DNA from: Acidobacteriota bacterium | GTDB lineage: Bacteria > Acidobacteriota > Blastocatellia > Pyrinomonadales > Pyrinomonadaceae | Assembly: GCA_013698055.1 (NCBI GenBank) | Contig: JACCVS010000755.1 | Coordinates: 1-36,921 of the forward strand | Direction of reading: 5' to 3' | DNA: 36,921 bases | Shown here: piece by piece, positions 34,488-36,921 of the stretch | Layout: each line of letters begins with the position of its first letter | How positions within the stretch are numbered: position 1 is the first letter of the stretch | Translations under genes and position numbers: made by a program | Notes under the pieces: model-generated | Seen by the model: only the letters and a program-made list of their open reading frames with translations | The model's database searches: none | What the model was told of the DNA's origin: nothing

Positions 34488-35879
34488 TCAGGCTGCCACC
34501 TCCGATCTCCTCTTTGATGACCAGAGAGAGTAGGCTTGCACCGCCCCCTCGGCTCCGAGGATGATGAGGAGCATCCAGAAGACATAGCGCATTCTGTAGA
34601 GCGCGCCGATATTAATGACGACGAGCCCGAGGGCGATGACGCCGACCCCGGCGGCCAGCGCCAGCAGCCACGCCGACCAACAACGCCGACGTTGCCATAA
34701 ACCTAAAATGGCCAGTAGTTCGACGACGTATATCACAAAGGTTTCCAGCCCGCAGAGTAATCTTCCCGTCAGCCCCGTCTGAGGTCCGGCGACAAACCAC
34801 ATGTTCGGGAAGGGTGAGAAGAAACCGATGGCAGCGGCCCGCGGCAGGTAGCGCAGAATGTCTCCCATATTGGAGAACTCTATCTCCTTATCAATGTTCG
34901 AGCCGGCGTTAGGATAGCTCGTAATAAAACCGTGTCGCAATTGATTAATCCGGGCGGGCAAACTCGAGCCCGGCGAAATCGCCTGACCTTCGGCGACAGC
35001 AATCGTTTGGTCTGGCTGAACAGTAACCGGAGAGGCTCCATCTGTGTTTGACGTGGCGACGGAACTTTGACTGAGGAGATCATTACGGGCCTCAACGATT
35101 GCCCACACTCGCGGAAGGCTAATGATGATTGCCAGTAACAAAGCGGCGCTGATCAAATTCCCGACTAGAAACCGCTTTTCGTAGAATTGCCTGGCTATCA
35201 ATAGACAGATGGCCAGCAGCGTCATCGTTAGCACGACTTCCCACATCTCTCTCCTTAAAAACCATAGCAGCCATGCCACGGCTCCGCCCGCAACTCCGGA
35301 GGCCAGGCCCTTCGGCCATGAATAATCTCTCGTCAGCCAGCAGGCGTAGATCAACACCAAGCCCAACACGGCAGCGATAAAGAGAGGGTCTCTAAAGAGC
35401 TGTGTCGTGTGCAACAGAAATGACGGCCACAGTCCGACCATTCCGGCGGCGAGCAGGCCGACCCGCCGGTCGAACACTTCGCAGCCCAATTTGAAAACGA
35501 GAGACAAAATCAAGAGGTAATAAAGCAGGTTCAATGGCTCGGCGCTTAAAATGTTGTAACCCAGCCACGGCCCCAGGACGGCGAAAGAAAGTGAATATAT
35601 TTTGAGGTGGAATGGATTAACAAGAAAGTTAGAAGATGCCGAGAGCCAAGCCATTAACCCCTGTTGAAAGAGCGTGTCAATGAGCGAGATCACCTCGCCA
35701 CGATAAGCTATGCAATCAGCCGCGAATAAAAGTCCAAACCCGTTGCCGTCGAAGACACCTGGAAGAAGCGCGAATCGTCCAATCAAATAAATGACCACTG
35801 TTAACGTGACATGCAGGGCAGCAGCCGCCATCAGCAGATGCACCGGCTTTACTCGTCGGCCAAGTTCTTGGCTCATCAT
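34488..35879 (-). CDS. Polytopic inner-membrane protein, paralog of 11929-13281 (candidate GT-C-type glycosyltransferase/polymerase)
   Basis: Has about 11-13 hydrophobic segments. It shares WPSFLLHTTQLFRDPLFI, FSPFPNMW and INIGALYRMRYV with the plus-strand paralog. It has a Ser/Thr/Pro-rich central loop. This is the only intact minus-strand gene in the locus. Confidence 0.5.
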   Translation of the reverse strand: MMSQELGRRVKPVHLLMAAAALHVTLTVVIYLIGRFALLPGVFDGNGFGLLFAADCIAYRGEVISLIDTLFQQGLMAWLSASSNFLVNPFHLKIYSLSFAVLGPWLGYNILSAEPLNLLYYLLILSLVFKLGCEVFDRRVGLLAAGMVGLWPSFLLHTTQLFRDPLFIAAVLGLVLIYACWLTRDYSWPKGLASGVAGGAVAWLLWFLRREMWEVVLTMTLLAICLLIARQFYEKRFLVGNLISAALLLAIIISLPRVWAIVEARNDLLSQSSVATSNTDGASPVTVQPDQTIAVAEGQAISPGSSLPARINQLRHGFITSYPNAGSNIDKEIEFSNMGDILRYLPRAAAIGFFSPFPNMWFVAGPQTGLTGRLLCGLETFVIYVVELLAILGLWQRRRCWSAWLLALAAGVGVIALGLVVINIGALYRMRYVFWMLLIILGAEGAVQAYSLWSSKRRSEVAA

Positions 35880-36105
35880 AGTTGCTCGCAGTTCTCTTTT
35901 TGCATCATGGTATATTATATAAAGCGATAATGAATCAGATCATAGATAATACTACAGGTTGTTAAAATTCAGTTTTACCTTCAAGCCGGATGGTTGAAGT
36001 TTGAAAGGCGCGAGATGGCGCGGTGAGGAGATGGACGATGCCGATATTTGTGTTGACAGAGCACACTCCCGTAAGCAGCGCCGCCTCTATGCCCGTGGAG
36101 CGAAG
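35880..36105. promoter_or_regulatory. AT-rich divergent intergenic region (right border of the glycan locus)
   Basis: The sequence is visibly AT-rich (ggtatattatataaagcgataatgaatcagatcatagataatac) and lies between a minus-strand and a plus-strand gene. No specific -35/-10 assignment was attempted. Confidence 0.3.
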
Positions 36106-36531
36106 ATGACTTTATTGGAAATGATGCGCTGCAGCGCGGATCGCACCGTGCTGAAGACGCTGAACATCGAAGTCGAAGCGGCGGAGCGTGATAAGGTGGT
36201 GCTCTCGATGCCTGTTGATGAGAGGGTGCATCAATACACCGGCTTGCTTCACGGGGGCGTCTCGGTCGTGCTTGCCGAGACTGCCGCCGCCATCGGCGCG
36301 GCTCTCAACACAGACCTCGCGCGCTTCACTCCCGTCGGCGTCGAGATCAACGCCAATCACCTGCGCTCGGTCAGCAGAGGAAGAGTGACGGCGGTGGCCG
36401 TGCCTGTTTACAAGGGCAGGCAAATGAGCGTCTGGTCAATCGAGATCCGCGACGAGCGCGAGCGTCTCATCTGTGTCTCGCGCTGCACGCTGGCCTTGAA
36501 GCCGGGCAGCGCCTTATCATCTACAGAGTAG
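36106..36531 (+). CDS. PaaI/YdiI-type hotdog-fold thioesterase
   Basis: Has LHGGVSVVLAETAAAIGA and a layout typical of 140-aa PaaI-family proteins. The ORF track starts at TTG 36001; ATG 36106 gives the canonical length (ATG 36031 is also possible). Confidence 0.8.
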   Translation: MTLLEMMRCSADRTVLKTLNIEVEAAERDKVVLSMPVDERVHQYTGLLHGGVSVVLAETAAAIGAALNTDLARFTPVGVEINANHLRSVSRGRVTAVAVPVYKGRQMSVWSIEIRDERERLICVSRCTLALKPGSALSSTE

Positions 36532-36625
36532 AAGGCAAACTTCCCCCGGCTTCGTTCCCGTTAGCGTTTCAGTCGAAAACTAAAATAAGGAGCCGACGAT
36601 TGTTCTTAGTATCACGTCGCTCACG

Positions 36626-36921
36626 ATGGCCGACTCAACCCGCGAACCACTGCACGCTCCCACGACACTTCCGCAACTCTGTCTCGACGCGATTGGGCGC
36701 TACGCGAAGCAGGACGCGCTTAATCACAAACGCGCGGGCAAGTGGATTCACATCTCCGCCGAAAGTTTTGTTGAGCGCGTCCGTCACATCGCGTTCGGAC
36801 TCTCTGAGTTAGGCGTCATGGCCGGAGACCGCGTCGCGCTTCTTTCCGAAAACCGCCCCGAGTGGTCAATAGTTGACCTCGGCATCCTCAGCCTCGGCGC
36901 AATCAATGTTCCTATCTACAC
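36626..36921 (+). CDS. Long-chain acyl-CoA synthetase (AMP-dependent ligase), 5-prime partial, runs off the window
   Basis: I translated this myself, since it is absent from the ORF track because no stop is reached: MADSTREPLHAPTTLPQLCLDAIGRYAKQDALNHKRAGKWIHISAESFVERVRHIAFGLSELGVMAGDRVALLSENRPEWSIVDLGILSLGAINVPIY. This is a typical FadD-like N-terminus. Confidence 0.8.
   Translation, partial: MADSTREPLHAPTTLPQLCLDAIGRYAKQDALNHKRAGKWIHISAESFVERVRHIAFGLSELGVMAGDRVALLSENRPEWSIVDLGILSLGAINVPIY

Noticed and set aside
36600-36812. 70-aa ORF from the ORF track at the right end
   Set aside because: It is out of frame with the open-ended frame starting at ATG 36626, which gives a textbook acyl-CoA synthetase N-terminus. 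The listed ORF is Ser/Arg-rich with no motif.
1-36921. Search by eye for exosortase/PEP-CTERM genes, Wza/Wzc export genes, KpsMT transporters, defence systems, IS elements, integrases, tRNA/rRNA genes and CRISPR repeats
   Set aside because: None was recognised among the ORFs or in the intergenic sequence. The resemblance of the gene content to exosortase-associated EPS loci therefore remains an analogy, not a call.

Overview
This 36.9-kb window is dominated by one large, tightly packed glycan (exopolysaccharide, O-antigen or capsule type) biosynthesis locus, almost entirely on the plus strand (about nt 1-35879). A divergent AT-rich gap and two lipid-metabolism genes (a PaaI-type thioesterase and the 5-prime end of an acyl-CoA synthetase) mark the right border. 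Sugar activation and initiation: a NeuA-type nonulosonate cytidylyltransferase (5-prime end cut by the window), a D-2-hydroxyacid dehydrogenase, a KpsS/KpsC-like protein, an RmlA-like/RmlC-like pair, a UXS/ArnA-like SDR, and a WecA/MraY-type initiating transferase with an extra CapD/WbaP-type C-terminal module. Assembly: six Leloir-type glycosyltransferases (five GT-B/GT4-like, one GT2), a Wzy_C (O-antigen ligase/polymerase) protein, a Wzx-like flippase, a membrane-anchored TPR plus CBM-like protein, and two paralogous uncharacterised polytopic membrane proteins. Decoration: six intact SAM methyltransferases (two zinc-ribbon, one Trm112-like ribbon, one FkbM, two others), a hexapeptide acyltransferase, an AsnB-type amidotransferase, a FemAB-fold transferase and two paralogous CE4 deacetylases. 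Between the two deacetylase copies lies minus-strand gene wreckage: the 5-prime half of a methyltransferase paralog abuts, out of frame, the 3-prime half of an acyltransferase-3 gene. The most unusual parts are the methyltransferase/FemAB-like/deacetylase triad, the duplicated and decayed region at 30.6-33.6 kb, the fused initiating transferase, and the NeuA/KpsS-like module inside a Wzx/Wzy-type locus. I recognised no rRNA, tRNA, CRISPR array, transposase or integrase. All functional calls come from by-eye motif recognition on the supplied translations and none was verified by a database search.
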